DNA from: Candidatus Binataceae bacterium
GTDB lineage: Bacteria; Desulfobacterota; Binatia; Binatales; Binataceae
Reading direction: 5' to 3'
DNA: 64,000 nt
Assembly (NCBI GenBank): GCA_035508495.1
Contig: DATJMX010000030.1
Span: forward strand, 33,894 to 97,893
Part shown: one piece after another, positions 9,660 through 19,169 of the stretch
Layout of the letters: each line of letters opens with the position of its first letter
Numbering within the stretch: position 1 is the first letter of the stretch
The notes under the pieces: generated by a model
Database searches by the model: none
What the model saw: only the letters and a program-made list of their open reading frames with translations
Told to the model about the DNA's origin: nothing
Made by a program: the position numbers and the translations under genes

Positions 9660-11135
9660 ATGGAGACCCGGCTATTCATCAACGGCGCGTATGTCGATGC
9701 GGCGGGCGGCGCGCGCTTCCTTGATATCGAACCCGCAACCGAACGCGAGCTCGCCCAAATCGCGAGCTCCTCCGATGCCGACATCGACCGCGCCGTCGCC
9801 GCCGCGCGCGAAGCCGCCGATCGTGGTCCATGGCCGCGCATGAGCGCCGAGACGCGCGGCAAAATCCTCGGCCGCTTTGCCGATACGATCGAGCGCCACG
9901 CGCGCGAGCTCGGGATGCTCGAGGCGCGCGACGTCGGCAAGCCCGTCGCCGAATGCGTCAATCACGACGTCGCGCGCGCCGCGCGCAATATCCGCTTCTT
10001 CGCCGCCGCCGCCGAAACCTGGACCCAGGAAGCCGCCGCGAGCGAGGCGAAGTTCCTCAGCCGCGATCTGCATCTCGTCAACTTCACTGAGCGTCCGCCA
10101 CTCGGAGTCGGCGCGATCGTCATCCCGTGGAATTCGCCGATCATGCTCGGCACCTGGAACCTCGGCCCCTGCCTCGCCGCGGGCAACACCTGCGTGTTGA
10201 AGCCATCGGAGCTTGCGCCGCTCACGTCGATCGCCCTCGGCGCGATCGCCAATGAAGCGGGTCTGCCGCCCGGCGTGCTCAATATCGTGCCCGGCCTTGG
10301 CGATGCGGGCGCGGCACTCGTGGCGCATGCTGGAGTGCATGCGATCGCGTTCACGGGCGGTGTCGCCACCGGCAAGCGCGTGATGGCTGCGGCGGCCGAG
10401 TCGCTCAAGCGCGTTACGCTCGAGCTCGGCGGCAAGTCGCCGAACCTCGTCTTTGCCGACGCCGACCTGAAGCTCTCCGCCGCAGGCGTCGCGCGTTCGA
10501 TCTATCGCAGCCAGGGACAATCGTGCGTTGCGGGATCGCGCCTGCTCGTCGAGCGGCGCATTGCCGACGATTTTATTTCAAGGCTCATCGCGGAAATTCC
10601 CAAGCTCAAAATCGGTGACCCGCTCGTCGATGGCACCGAATATGGCCCTCTGATCTCGGGCGCCCATCGCGAGCGTGTCCACGCCTTCGTCGCCGAAGCG
10701 ATCGCATCGGGCGCGAAGCTGCTCGCGGGAGGCAAGGTTCCCGAATTGCCGCGCCCCGGGTTTTACTACGAGCCGACGCTTCTCGACGAAGTTGACGAGA
10801 AGTCGCACGCCGTCAACGAAGAGATATTCGGGCCCGTCCTGACGATCGAGCGCTTTGACGACGAGGACGGCGCAATCGCAAAGGCCAACGCCTCGCGCTA
10901 CGGCCTGGCGACGTACCTGTGGACCTCCAAAGTCGATCGCGCGTTGCGCGTAGCGTCGCGGATCAAAACCGGGATGGTCTGGGTCAACAGCTTTTTCCTG
11001 CGTGACCTGCGCACGCCCTTCGGCGGCGCCAAGCAGAGCGGCCTCGGCCGCCAGGGCGGCCGTTTCAGCCTCGAATTCTGGACCGAGCCGAAGCTCGTGT
11101 GCCTGGCCTATGGCGAGGAGGAGCGCGATGGGTGA
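9660..11135 (+). CDS. NAD(P)-dependent aldehyde dehydrogenase (semialdehyde dehydrogenase of a meta-cleavage pathway, HpaE-like)
   Basis: ALDH family hallmarks: ELGGKSP, a catalytic Cys region QGQSCVAGSR, and EEIFGPV. Start at METRLFINGAYVD; stop overlaps the next gene by 8 bp. Confidence 0.8.
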   Translation: METRLFINGAYVDAAGGARFLDIEPATERELAQIASSSDADIDRAVAAAREAADRGPWPRMSAETRGKILGRFADTIERHARELGMLEARDVGKPVAECVNHDVARAARNIRFFAAAAETWTQEAAASEAKFLSRDLHLVNFTERPPLGVGAIVIPWNSPIMLGTWNLGPCLAAGNTCVLKPSELAPLTSIALGAIANEAGLPPGVLNIVPGLGDAGAALVAHAGVHAIAFTGGVATGKRVMAAAAESLKRVTLELGGKSPNLVFADADLKLSAAGVARSIYRSQGQSCVAGSRLLVERRIADDFISRLIAEIPKLKIGDPLVDGTEYGPLISGAHRERVHAFVAEAIASGAKLLAGGKVPELPRPGFYYEPTLLDEVDEKSHAVNEEIFGPVLTIERFDDEDGAIAKANASRYGLATYLWTSKVDRALRVASRIKTGMVWVNSFFLRDLRTPFGGAKQSGLGRQGGRFSLEFWTEPKLVCLAYGEEERDG

Positions 11136-11994
11136 GATCAGGGCCGCGATTTTCACGACCCACGTGCCGCGCCTGATGATAATCGACCCCGCGGCGCGCC
11201 GGGCTTACATGGGCCGCAACGTCACGACCTTTTATGATGCGATGCCGCAGGTTGAGCGCGAGCGGCTGAGCTCCCTCCACTTCGACACCTTCGTGCTGAT
11301 CGATTCGCACTGGTTTACCACGCTCGAATACGTGATCAACGCGCACGAGCGCCTCGCCGGCGTGTACACCTCCGAGGAGTTGCCGGCGATGCTGCACGAT
11401 CTCGAATACGACTATCGCGGCGACCCCGAGCTGGCGCGCGCGATCGAGCAATCAGCTAAGGAGCATGGGATGCGCGCGCTCGCCTCGGCGCATCGCAATC
11501 TGCCGCTCCATTATCCGACCCTCAACGTGATGTACTATTTCAATCCCGGCGCGCGCCGCCGCGTCGTCTCGATGAGCGTGTGCCAGACAGCGTCAGTCAA
11601 AAACGACCTCGCGCTCGGCGCAGCAGTCGGCGACGCGATTCGCAAATCAGATCGGCGCGCGGTGATCGTCGCGTCGGGCGGCATGTCGCATCGCTTCTGG
11701 GACTACGATCGAGTCCTCGATCACGCGTCGGCCTCGCCCGAGGACATCAGCTCGACGGCCAATCGCCTCTACGACGAGCGCATCATGGAATGGTTCAAAG
11801 CGGGGCGGCACGACGAAGTGCTGAAGTGCGCCGACGATTTCCGCGCCCACTGCTCGCCCGAAGGCCGCTTCTCGCATTATCTCGTAATGGCCGGCGCGCT
11901 CGGCGCAGAAAAATGGAACTGGCGCGGGGAGCAATTCGGCCGCTACGAAGCCGCGATAGGCACGGGGCAGTCGATTTTCTACTTCGCGCCCTAA
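11128..11994 (+). CDS. LigB-family (class III) extradiol ring-cleavage dioxygenase, HpaD-like (3,4-dihydroxyphenylacetate 2,3-dioxygenase-like)
   Basis: Blocks DSHWF, AGVYTSEELP, YDYRGDPEL, ASGGMSHRF and TGQ near the C-terminus align with E. coli HpaD from memory. Translationally coupled to the aldehyde dehydrogenase. Confidence 0.7.
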   Translation: MGEIRAAIFTTHVPRLMIIDPAARRAYMGRNVTTFYDAMPQVERERLSSLHFDTFVLIDSHWFTTLEYVINAHERLAGVYTSEELPAMLHDLEYDYRGDPELARAIEQSAKEHGMRALASAHRNLPLHYPTLNVMYYFNPGARRRVVSMSVCQTASVKNDLALGAAVGDAIRKSDRRAVIVASGGMSHRFWDYDRVLDHASASPEDISSTANRLYDERIMEWFKAGRHDEVLKCADDFRAHCSPEGRFSHYLVMAGALGAEKWNWRGEQFGRYEAAIGTGQSIFYFAP

Positions 11995-12010
11995 CCTGGG
12001 TATCGAGGAT

Positions 12011-12041
12011 TTGACAGAAGAACGTAACTATATATAGTTAC
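12011..12041 (+). promoter_or_regulatory. near-consensus sigma70-like promoter (TTGACA-N16-TATAGT) overlapping an 18-bp perfect palindrome GTAACTATATATAGTTAC, candidate HicB operator
   Basis: TTGACA at 12011-12016; TATAGT at 12033-12038; the palindrome at 12024-12041 is its own reverse complement. Confidence 0.45.
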
Positions 12042-12044
12042 AAA

Positions 12045-12287
12045 TTGAACAAGCTAAGCAAGCTGCTGGCCGAGGCCCGAAACAATCCTGGTGGACTTTC
12101 CTTCAGCGACTTCGAAAGTTTGATGAATCAGGCCGGATGGAGATTTGATCGCCAGCGCGGCAGTCATCGCATCTGGTATTCCCCTGAGAGGTTGATGCTT
12201 TCAGTGCAACCCAGGCGCAACAAGGCAAAGAGCTATCAGGTCCGGCAGTTTCTGCAGATTTATGAAAAAGAAACCTCGAGTGGCTAA
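12045..12287 (+). CDS. hicA: HicA-family type II toxin (mRNA interferase)
   Basis: LSKLLAEARNNPGG...GWRFDRQRGSHRIWYSP...LSVQP matches the HicA/YcfA fold, including the conserved GSH. Start is non-ATG (TTG) and uncertain. Confidence 0.65.
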   Translation: MNKLSKLLAEARNNPGGLSFSDFESLMNQAGWRFDRQRGSHRIWYSPERLMLSVQPRRNKAKSYQVRQFLQIYEKETSSG

Positions 12288-12624
12288 GCAAGACCTGTTC
12301 GACGGATACGGCGTCGAACTCTTTATAGACGAGGACAACGACTGGCTCGCACATCTCACCGAGCTTCCTTCTATCTCCGCCTTCGGCTCATCGCCGCAGG
12401 CCGCGCTCAAGGAACTCGCTGCGGCGTGGGAACTCGCCAAGGAATCGTACGCCGCGAATGGCCTCGAAATTCCAGTCGCACCTGCGCGGCGGGAATATCG
12501 TGGCGTGTTTCAGGTGCGGATCGACAAGCGGGTCCATCGCGCGCTTGCAATCGAGGCCGAGCGAGCCGGAGTGAGCTTAAACGCGCTTGTCGCAGAGAAG
12601 CTCGCCAAGTCGACGGACATCTAG
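12262..12624 (+). CDS. hicB: HicB-family antitoxin with C-terminal ribbon-helix-helix DNA-binding domain
   Basis: N-terminal HicB-like YGVELFIDEDNDWLAHLTELPSISAFGSSPQAALKEL; C-terminal RHH-like RVHRALAIEAERAGVSLNALVAEKL. Overlaps the hicA 3' end. Confidence 0.65.
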   Translation: MKKKPRVAKQDLFDGYGVELFIDEDNDWLAHLTELPSISAFGSSPQAALKELAAAWELAKESYAANGLEIPVAPARREYRGVFQVRIDKRVHRALAIEAERAGVSLNALVAEKLAKSTDI

Positions 12625-12645
12625 CAGCTTCGGAGGAACGCACTG

Positions 12646-13533
12646 ATGAAACTCGTGCATGGAATTATTGCGATGCTGGTGACCCCGTTTCATGACGACT
12701 ACCGGCTTAATGAAGATGCATTGCGGGCCGAGGTCAGGTGGGCGCTCGACAATGGCGCCGAGGGTGTCGTCGCCGCGCCGAGTATCGGCGAGTTCCTGCA
12801 CTTGAACGAGGCCGAGCGCACTCGGGTCTTCGAGATCGTGATCGAAGAGGCGCGCAAGCGCAGCGGTGTCTCCGCACTCGCGATGACCTCCGGCGCGACC
12901 ACGCTCGAAACTCTGCACTACGCGAAGATCGCCGCGCGCCTCGGCTACGATGCGCAGCAGGTGATCGCGCCGTACTACTGGCGATGCGGCGAGACCGAAG
13001 TCGAGCATCATTTTCGCATGGTCGGTGAGGCGGGCGACCTGCCGGTTGTCATCTACCACAATCCCGCGCTCAGCAAGTTCAACATCTCGCCGCGCTTCGC
13101 CGGCCGCCTCGCGACGCTGCCGGGCGTCGTCGCGTTCAAGGAAGTGCTGACCGACTTGCAGCATCTCGAGGCGCTCTACGACGAGGTCGATGGCCGCGCG
13201 GATATCTACAACACCTTCCGCGTGCTGCTCGCAGGTCTCATGCTCGGCGCGGCGGGCGGCTTGATTAATATTTTCGCCGTGCCCGCTTCGGCCGCGCTGC
13301 TCCGCGCGTTCAAGGCCGGCGATTACAAGCGCGCCGAGGAAATCCAGCGCCGCCTTAATCGATGCTTCCCGCGCGGCGGCGAGGAAACTCTCGGTCATCT
13401 CGGCACAACCAAGGTGACAGCCTCCGTCGCGACCGGAATCGAGATGGGACCGGCGCGACCGCCGTACATGGCGCCGGCAGACGCCGCCGAGCGAATCAAG
13501 AAACGGCTGCCGCTGCTCAAGGAGATCCTCTGA
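12646..13533 (+). CDS. DapA/NAL-family class I (Schiff-base) aldolase/lyase
   Basis: TPF...GEFLHLNEAER, YHNP, a conserved Lys in VVAFKEV, and the TIM-barrel DHDPS-family layout. Confidence 0.7.
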   Translation: MKLVHGIIAMLVTPFHDDYRLNEDALRAEVRWALDNGAEGVVAAPSIGEFLHLNEAERTRVFEIVIEEARKRSGVSALAMTSGATTLETLHYAKIAARLGYDAQQVIAPYYWRCGETEVEHHFRMVGEAGDLPVVIYHNPALSKFNISPRFAGRLATLPGVVAFKEVLTDLQHLEALYDEVDGRADIYNTFRVLLAGLMLGAAGGLINIFAVPASAALLRAFKAGDYKRAEEIQRRLNRCFPRGGEETLGHLGTTKVTASVATGIEMGPARPPYMAPADAAERIKKRLPLLKEIL

Positions 13534-13534
13534 G

Positions 13535-14980
13535 ATGGGCGCGCGCTCGGGCAACAACTACCTGTCATCGATAAAGAAGCTGGGCGGCGAGATCTGGCTC
13601 GGCGGCGAGCGCGTCAAAGATCCGACTACGCATCCGGGCCTCATGCACGCGGCCCGCTCGCTCGCCTCGCTCTACGACATGCAGGCCGAGCGGCCCGAGG
13701 CGATGACGTTCCGCACCGAAGACGGCGGCCGCGCCGGAATCTCGTTCATGATTCCGAAGAGCGTCGACGACGTGCGCAAGCGCTCGCGGATGATGAAGGC
13801 GTGGGCCGATTACAGCGGCGGCATGATGGGCCGCACCCCCGACTATCTCAACGCGAGTATCGCGGCGATGGCGGCCGCGCGCGAGTTCTTCGCCGAGAGC
13901 GATCCACGCTTCGGCGACAATATCTGGAACTACTATTTGAGCGCGCGCGAGCATGACTGGTGCGCGACGCATACTCTCGTCAATCCGCGCGCGAGCCGTG
14001 CGCAGGGATGGGCGGGGCATACCGACGCCGACCTCGCACTCAAGCTCGTCGACAAGACGAACGAGGGAATCATCGTCAACGGAGCGCGGATGCTCGCGAC
14101 GCTCGCGCCGCTCTCGGAAGAACTGCTCGTGTTTCCATCGACGGTGCTTAGGGCGGAGTCTGCTGCGGAGCCGTTCGCGCTCTCGTTTGCGATCAACTGC
14201 AACGCCAAGGGCCTCAAGTTCCTGTGCCGCGAGACGTTTGACCTCGGACGCTCGCATTTCGATCATCCGCTCGCCTCGCGCTTCGAGGAGATGGACGCCG
14301 TTGTCATCTTCGAAAATGTGACGGTGCCTTGGGAGCGCGTATTCCTGTGCGGCGATGTCGCGCGATGCAACGCGCTCTACGGCGCGACCAATGCTGTCGT
14401 CCACATGATGCACCAGGTCGCGGTAAAGAACGTCGCCAAGAGCGAGTTTCTGCTCGGTCTCGCAACGCGAATCGCCGAGGTCGCCGATGCGATGCCACTG
14501 CAGCATGTGCGCGAGCGCCTGGCGGAGATGATCACGACGACCGAGACGATGCGCGCGTGCCTGCGCGCGTCGGAAGCCGATGCGTCCGTCGATAAATGGG
14601 GCGTATGCGTGCCGGCGCGGCCGCCGCTCGACACGGCGCGCAACCTGTTCCCGAAGCTCTATCCGCGGATGGTCGAGATCATCCAGCTCAACAGCTCGAG
14701 CTCGCTGATGGCGACGCCTGCGGCGAGCGATTTCGCTAATCCTGCCGAGTTGCCCGATATCGAGAAATACTTTGCATCTGTAGATGCGGCCGCGCGCGAG
14801 CGCGTCGCGCTCTATCGCCTCGCCTGGGACGTCGCATGCAGCGCATTCGCGGGCAGGCAGGTGTTATACGAGCGCTTCTTCTTCGGCGATCCGGTCAGGA
14901 TGGCTTCGGCGCTGGTCGATAATACCGACCTGAAGCCCTTGGTAGAGCGGGTAAAGCAATTCCTGAATCGTCCCACATGA
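13535..14980 (+). CDS. HpaB-family two-component flavin-dependent monooxygenase, oxygenase component (4-hydroxyphenylacetate 3-hydroxylase family)
   Basis: YLSSIKKLGGEIWLGGERVKDPTTHPGLMHAARSLASLYD aligns with the E. coli HpaB N-terminus YLKSLQDGREIYIYGERVKDVTTHP; RTPDYLNA and a C-terminal helical domain. 481 aa. Confidence 0.8.
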   Translation: MGARSGNNYLSSIKKLGGEIWLGGERVKDPTTHPGLMHAARSLASLYDMQAERPEAMTFRTEDGGRAGISFMIPKSVDDVRKRSRMMKAWADYSGGMMGRTPDYLNASIAAMAAAREFFAESDPRFGDNIWNYYLSAREHDWCATHTLVNPRASRAQGWAGHTDADLALKLVDKTNEGIIVNGARMLATLAPLSEELLVFPSTVLRAESAAEPFALSFAINCNAKGLKFLCRETFDLGRSHFDHPLASRFEEMDAVVIFENVTVPWERVFLCGDVARCNALYGATNAVVHMMHQVAVKNVAKSEFLLGLATRIAEVADAMPLQHVRERLAEMITTTETMRACLRASEADASVDKWGVCVPARPPLDTARNLFPKLYPRMVEIIQLNSSSSLMATPAASDFANPAELPDIEKYFASVDAAARERVALYRLAWDVACSAFAGRQVLYERFFFGDPVRMASALVDNTDLKPLVERVKQFLNRPT

Positions 14981-14996
14981 TGATTGCCGATCTCTT

Positions 14997-15048
14997 TGAA
15001 TAACCTCGCCTTGAATAACCTCTCCCGTTTTGCGGGCGAAATTATTCA
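14997..15048. repeat. collapsed remnant or solo inverted-repeat of MITE family A (TGAATAACCTCGCC + TTGAATAACCTCTCCCGTTTTGCGGGCGAAATTATTCAA)
   Basis: Matches the terminal inverted repeats of the 238-bp element at 44113-44350. Confidence 0.55.
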
Positions 15049-15198
15049 AACCAGGCAGAGCGAATGCATCGAGCGTTGTGCGGCTTGACTGTTGGAGGGC
15101 GCGACGATACTTTCGGCGCGTCACGTTTCGCGTGCTCCTATGAAGGCAACCTTCGCAGATATCCAAATCGTTTAGGGAAAATTCGAAACCTGACTTGT

Positions 15199-15240
15199 AA
15201 AAAGCCCCGGGCTTCGATGCCCGGGGCTTTTTCTTTTTCT
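15199..15240 (+). terminator. rho-independent terminator after the hpaB-family gene
   Basis: AAAAAGCCCCGGGCTTCGATGCCCGGGGCTTTTTCTTTTTCT: 9-bp GC stem, 6-nt loop, T-run. Confidence 0.6.
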
Positions 15241-15256
15241 GCTTTGAGGATTTGCG

Positions 15257-16567
15257 ATGGATATGCGTGAAGATTCTCGCGAGCGCGCCGAGGTGCGGGT
15301 GAGCCTGCTCCGGCGGCATCGCGATTTCCGCCGGCTGTGGACCGGCGAAACGATTTCCGTGTTCGGCACAAGGATGGGCGACGTTGCCGTGAGCTTCGCC
15401 GCTGTTATCGCGCTCGGTGCGACTCCACTCCAGATGGGAATGCTCGCGGCGGCGCGCCTGGTCCCTAAACTTATCTTCAGTCTCGTCGCCGGAGTGTGGG
15501 TCGATCGCGTCCGCCGGCGGCCGCTGATGATTGGCGCCGATCTTGGCCGCTTCGCGCTGCTGGCGACGATTCCGCTCGCCGCGATGCTCGGTCATCTCGA
15601 GATGAAGTACCTCTATCCAGTGATTCTCATCGTCGGGCTGCTCGATCTGCTGTTCGATGTCGCCTACGGCGCATATCTGCCGTCGCTCGTCGATGCGTCC
15701 GACGTGGTCGAGGCCAACAGTAAGTTGTCCGCGAGCTACGCCGCGGCCGAAGTGGGCGGCTTCGCAATAGCCGGATGGCTGGTGCAGATTCTCACTGCAC
15801 CCTACGCGATCCTCGTCGATGCGCTCTCGTTCATCGCGTCGGCGGTCGCGATTCGATCGATCGAAAAGCCCGAACTCGAGATTGCGCCGGGCCGTCGTCA
15901 ACGCAGTTTTTTTCACGAAGCGCGCGAGGGCATCGGAGTCATGGTCGCTGACCGGAGGCTGTACGCGTTGACCGCGATCAACGGAATCGCCGGACTCGGC
16001 TTCGCGACGTTCTCGACTTTGTACATGCTGTTCGTCGTCGATGAACTGCGCTTCCGACCAGGCCCGCTCGGTGTGATCTTCGCTGTTGGCGGCGTCAGCT
16101 CGCTTATCAGCTCGATCGCGGCGCCGAATATCATCAGGAGAATAGGCGAAGGGCGGGGCTTTGCGATCGGTCTCGCGCTGCAGGGCGCTTCATGGATATG
16201 CGTCCCCGCAGCGCGAGGTGCCACGATGCTCGCGGCCTTGCTGCTCATCGCGCAGCAGCTCTTTGGTGACGCGGGCGGCACAGTAGCGCTGATCAGTGGG
16301 CAGACGATCCTGCAGATCCTCGTGCCGACGCGGATGCTGGGACGAGTCAGGGCGACGATCTCGTTCGTGGCGCTGGCTTCAATGATCGTCGGCTCGATCG
16401 GCGCCGGTCTGCTCGCCGAGTTCGTTGGCATAAGACCGGTGATGTACGCGGGTGCGATCGGCCTCGCGCTCGCGGGCGCTTCGCTCGCTCTATCGTCTGT
16501 GTGGTCTGTTAGCGCTACCGATCGCGCGATTGCGTTGCCTGAGGAAGTGAAAGCGACGGCCGGGTGA
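15257..16567 (+). CDS. MFS transporter (EntS/MFS_3-like, 12 predicted TM helices)
   Basis: Hydrophobic profile with the RRLW motif near the N-terminus (RHRDFRRLWTGETIS) and the VDRVRRRPLM loop typical of this MFS subfamily. Confidence 0.75.
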   Translation: MDMREDSRERAEVRVSLLRRHRDFRRLWTGETISVFGTRMGDVAVSFAAVIALGATPLQMGMLAAARLVPKLIFSLVAGVWVDRVRRRPLMIGADLGRFALLATIPLAAMLGHLEMKYLYPVILIVGLLDLLFDVAYGAYLPSLVDASDVVEANSKLSASYAAAEVGGFAIAGWLVQILTAPYAILVDALSFIASAVAIRSIEKPELEIAPGRRQRSFFHEAREGIGVMVADRRLYALTAINGIAGLGFATFSTLYMLFVVDELRFRPGPLGVIFAVGGVSSLISSIAAPNIIRRIGEGRGFAIGLALQGASWICVPAARGATMLAALLLIAQQLFGDAGGTVALISGQTILQILVPTRMLGRVRATISFVALASMIVGSIGAGLLAEFVGIRPVMYAGAIGLALAGASLALSSVWSVSATDRAIALPEEVKATAG

Positions 16568-16640
16568 AAACCACCATATCGCGAGGTTCGGGTTGCGATG
16601 CTATTGTGCATCGCAGCCTCGACTTCCGATTCCTTCTGAA

Positions 16641-17660
16641 ATGCGACTGGCCGATCTCGATTACGAATTGCCCGAGGAACTGATTGCGCAGGAGCCGCTC
16701 GACCAGCGCGACTCGGTGCGCATGATGGTCGTCGATCGGCGCGCGAAGAGTGTCGAGAACTCGCGCTTCTATAAGATGCCGCGCCTTTTGCGCGAGGGCG
16801 ATTTGATCGTCCTCAACGATACGCGAGTGCTGCCGGCGCGCGTCTTTGCCAAGAAGGAATCAGGCGGCAAGGTAGAGCTGCTAATGATCCGCCCTGTCTC
16901 TGACGCGCCCGGCGGATGGCTCGCGATGATGCGGGCGCATCGCCCGCTCAAGGAAGGCGCGCGCCTGGAGCTCAGCGACGGTCACACGCTCGTTGTCGCG
17001 AAGTACGCGCGGCACGGCCGTCCGATTCTGATTGCCGAGGGCGAGCAATCCATCGAGCAGATTCTCAAAGCGTCGGGGACACTCGCGCTCCCGCACTATA
17101 TTCATCGCACGGTCGAGCCCGCCGACTTCGATGACTACCAGACTGTCTATGCTGAGAAGGAAGGCGCGATCGCGGCGCCGACCGCGGGACTTCATTTCAC
17201 CGAAGAGCTGTTCAAGGAGCTCGCCGACGCGGGAATCCGCACGGCGCGTGTGACTCTGCATATTGGACCGGGCACGTTCGCTCCGCTGCGCGCGCCCGAG
17301 GTCGAGCGGCATACGATGGAAGCAGAGTGGTTCACGATTCCGCCTGCGACGCAGGATGCGATCGCGCACGCGCATCGCGTGGGCGGGCGCGTGATCGCAG
17401 TCGGCACCAGCACGACGCGCTCGCTCGAATCGTGGGCGATCACGGGCGACGCCGAAGGCTTCACAGGCCTGTTCATTTATCCCGGCTTCCGCTTCAAGCT
17501 CATCGACGCGATGATCACGAATTTCCACATGCCGCGCACGACGGTACTTGCGATGGTAATGGCGCTGGCGGGGCGCGATCTGATCCTCCACGCGTATCGC
17601 GAAGCCGTGCGCCATCGATATCGCTTCCTCAGCTACGGCGATGCGATGCTGATCATCTAG
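16641..17660 (+). CDS. queA: S-adenosylmethionine:tRNA ribosyltransferase-isomerase
   Basis: MRLADLDYELPEELIAQEP...RDSVRMMVVDR is the canonical QueA N-terminus. Confidence 0.85.
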   Translation: MRLADLDYELPEELIAQEPLDQRDSVRMMVVDRRAKSVENSRFYKMPRLLREGDLIVLNDTRVLPARVFAKKESGGKVELLMIRPVSDAPGGWLAMMRAHRPLKEGARLELSDGHTLVVAKYARHGRPILIAEGEQSIEQILKASGTLALPHYIHRTVEPADFDDYQTVYAEKEGAIAAPTAGLHFTEELFKELADAGIRTARVTLHIGPGTFAPLRAPEVERHTMEAEWFTIPPATQDAIAHAHRVGGRVIAVGTSTTRSLESWAITGDAEGFTGLFIYPGFRFKLIDAMITNFHMPRTTVLAMVMALAGRDLILHAYREAVRHRYRFLSYGDAMLII

Positions 17661-18793
<1,133 letters not shown>

Positions 18794-18794
<1 letters not shown>

Positions 18795-19141
18795 TGTTTT
18801 TTGAAGGCGTTGCATGGGCGCAGGCTGCGGGCGGCGCGACGGCGGGTAGCACGGAGCAGACGATGCTCCAGACGGTGGTGCCGCTGGCGGCGATTTTCGC
18901 GGTCTTCTATTTCCTGTTGATTCGGCCGCAGACCAAGAAGGCGCAGGAGCACAGCAAGATGCTGGGCGAGCTCAAGCGCAACGACGAAGTGGTAACGACC
19001 GGCGGTATCGTCGGCAAGATCACCGAGCTCGGCGACAAGATCGTCACGGTGGAGATTGCGCCCAACGTGCGGATCCGCGTCGAGCGCTCGCAGATCTCGG
19101 GAATCTCCAACTACGGGAAGACCTCGTCAAAATCATCTTGA
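18794..19141 (+). CDS. yajC: preprotein translocase subunit YajC
   Basis: LAAIFAVFYFLLIRPQTKKAQEHSKMLGELKRNDEVVTTGGIVGKI; 1-nt overlap with the tgt stop. Confidence 0.8.
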
Positions 19142-19169
19142 ATTGAGCGAATTTGCGGCGCGCCTTTAA

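Noticed and set aside
9672-10520. Long antisense ORFs inside the aldehyde dehydrogenase gene (9672-10520 minus, 9962-10435 minus, 10578-11156 minus)
   Set aside because: The sense-strand ALDH has unmistakable family motifs. The antisense frames are Arg/Ala-rich GC artefacts.
14864-15916. 350-aa minus-strand ORF (MKKTALTTARRNLEF...)
   Set aside because: Antisense to the well-supported MFS transporter and spanning the strong hpaB terminator; low-complexity, charged composition.
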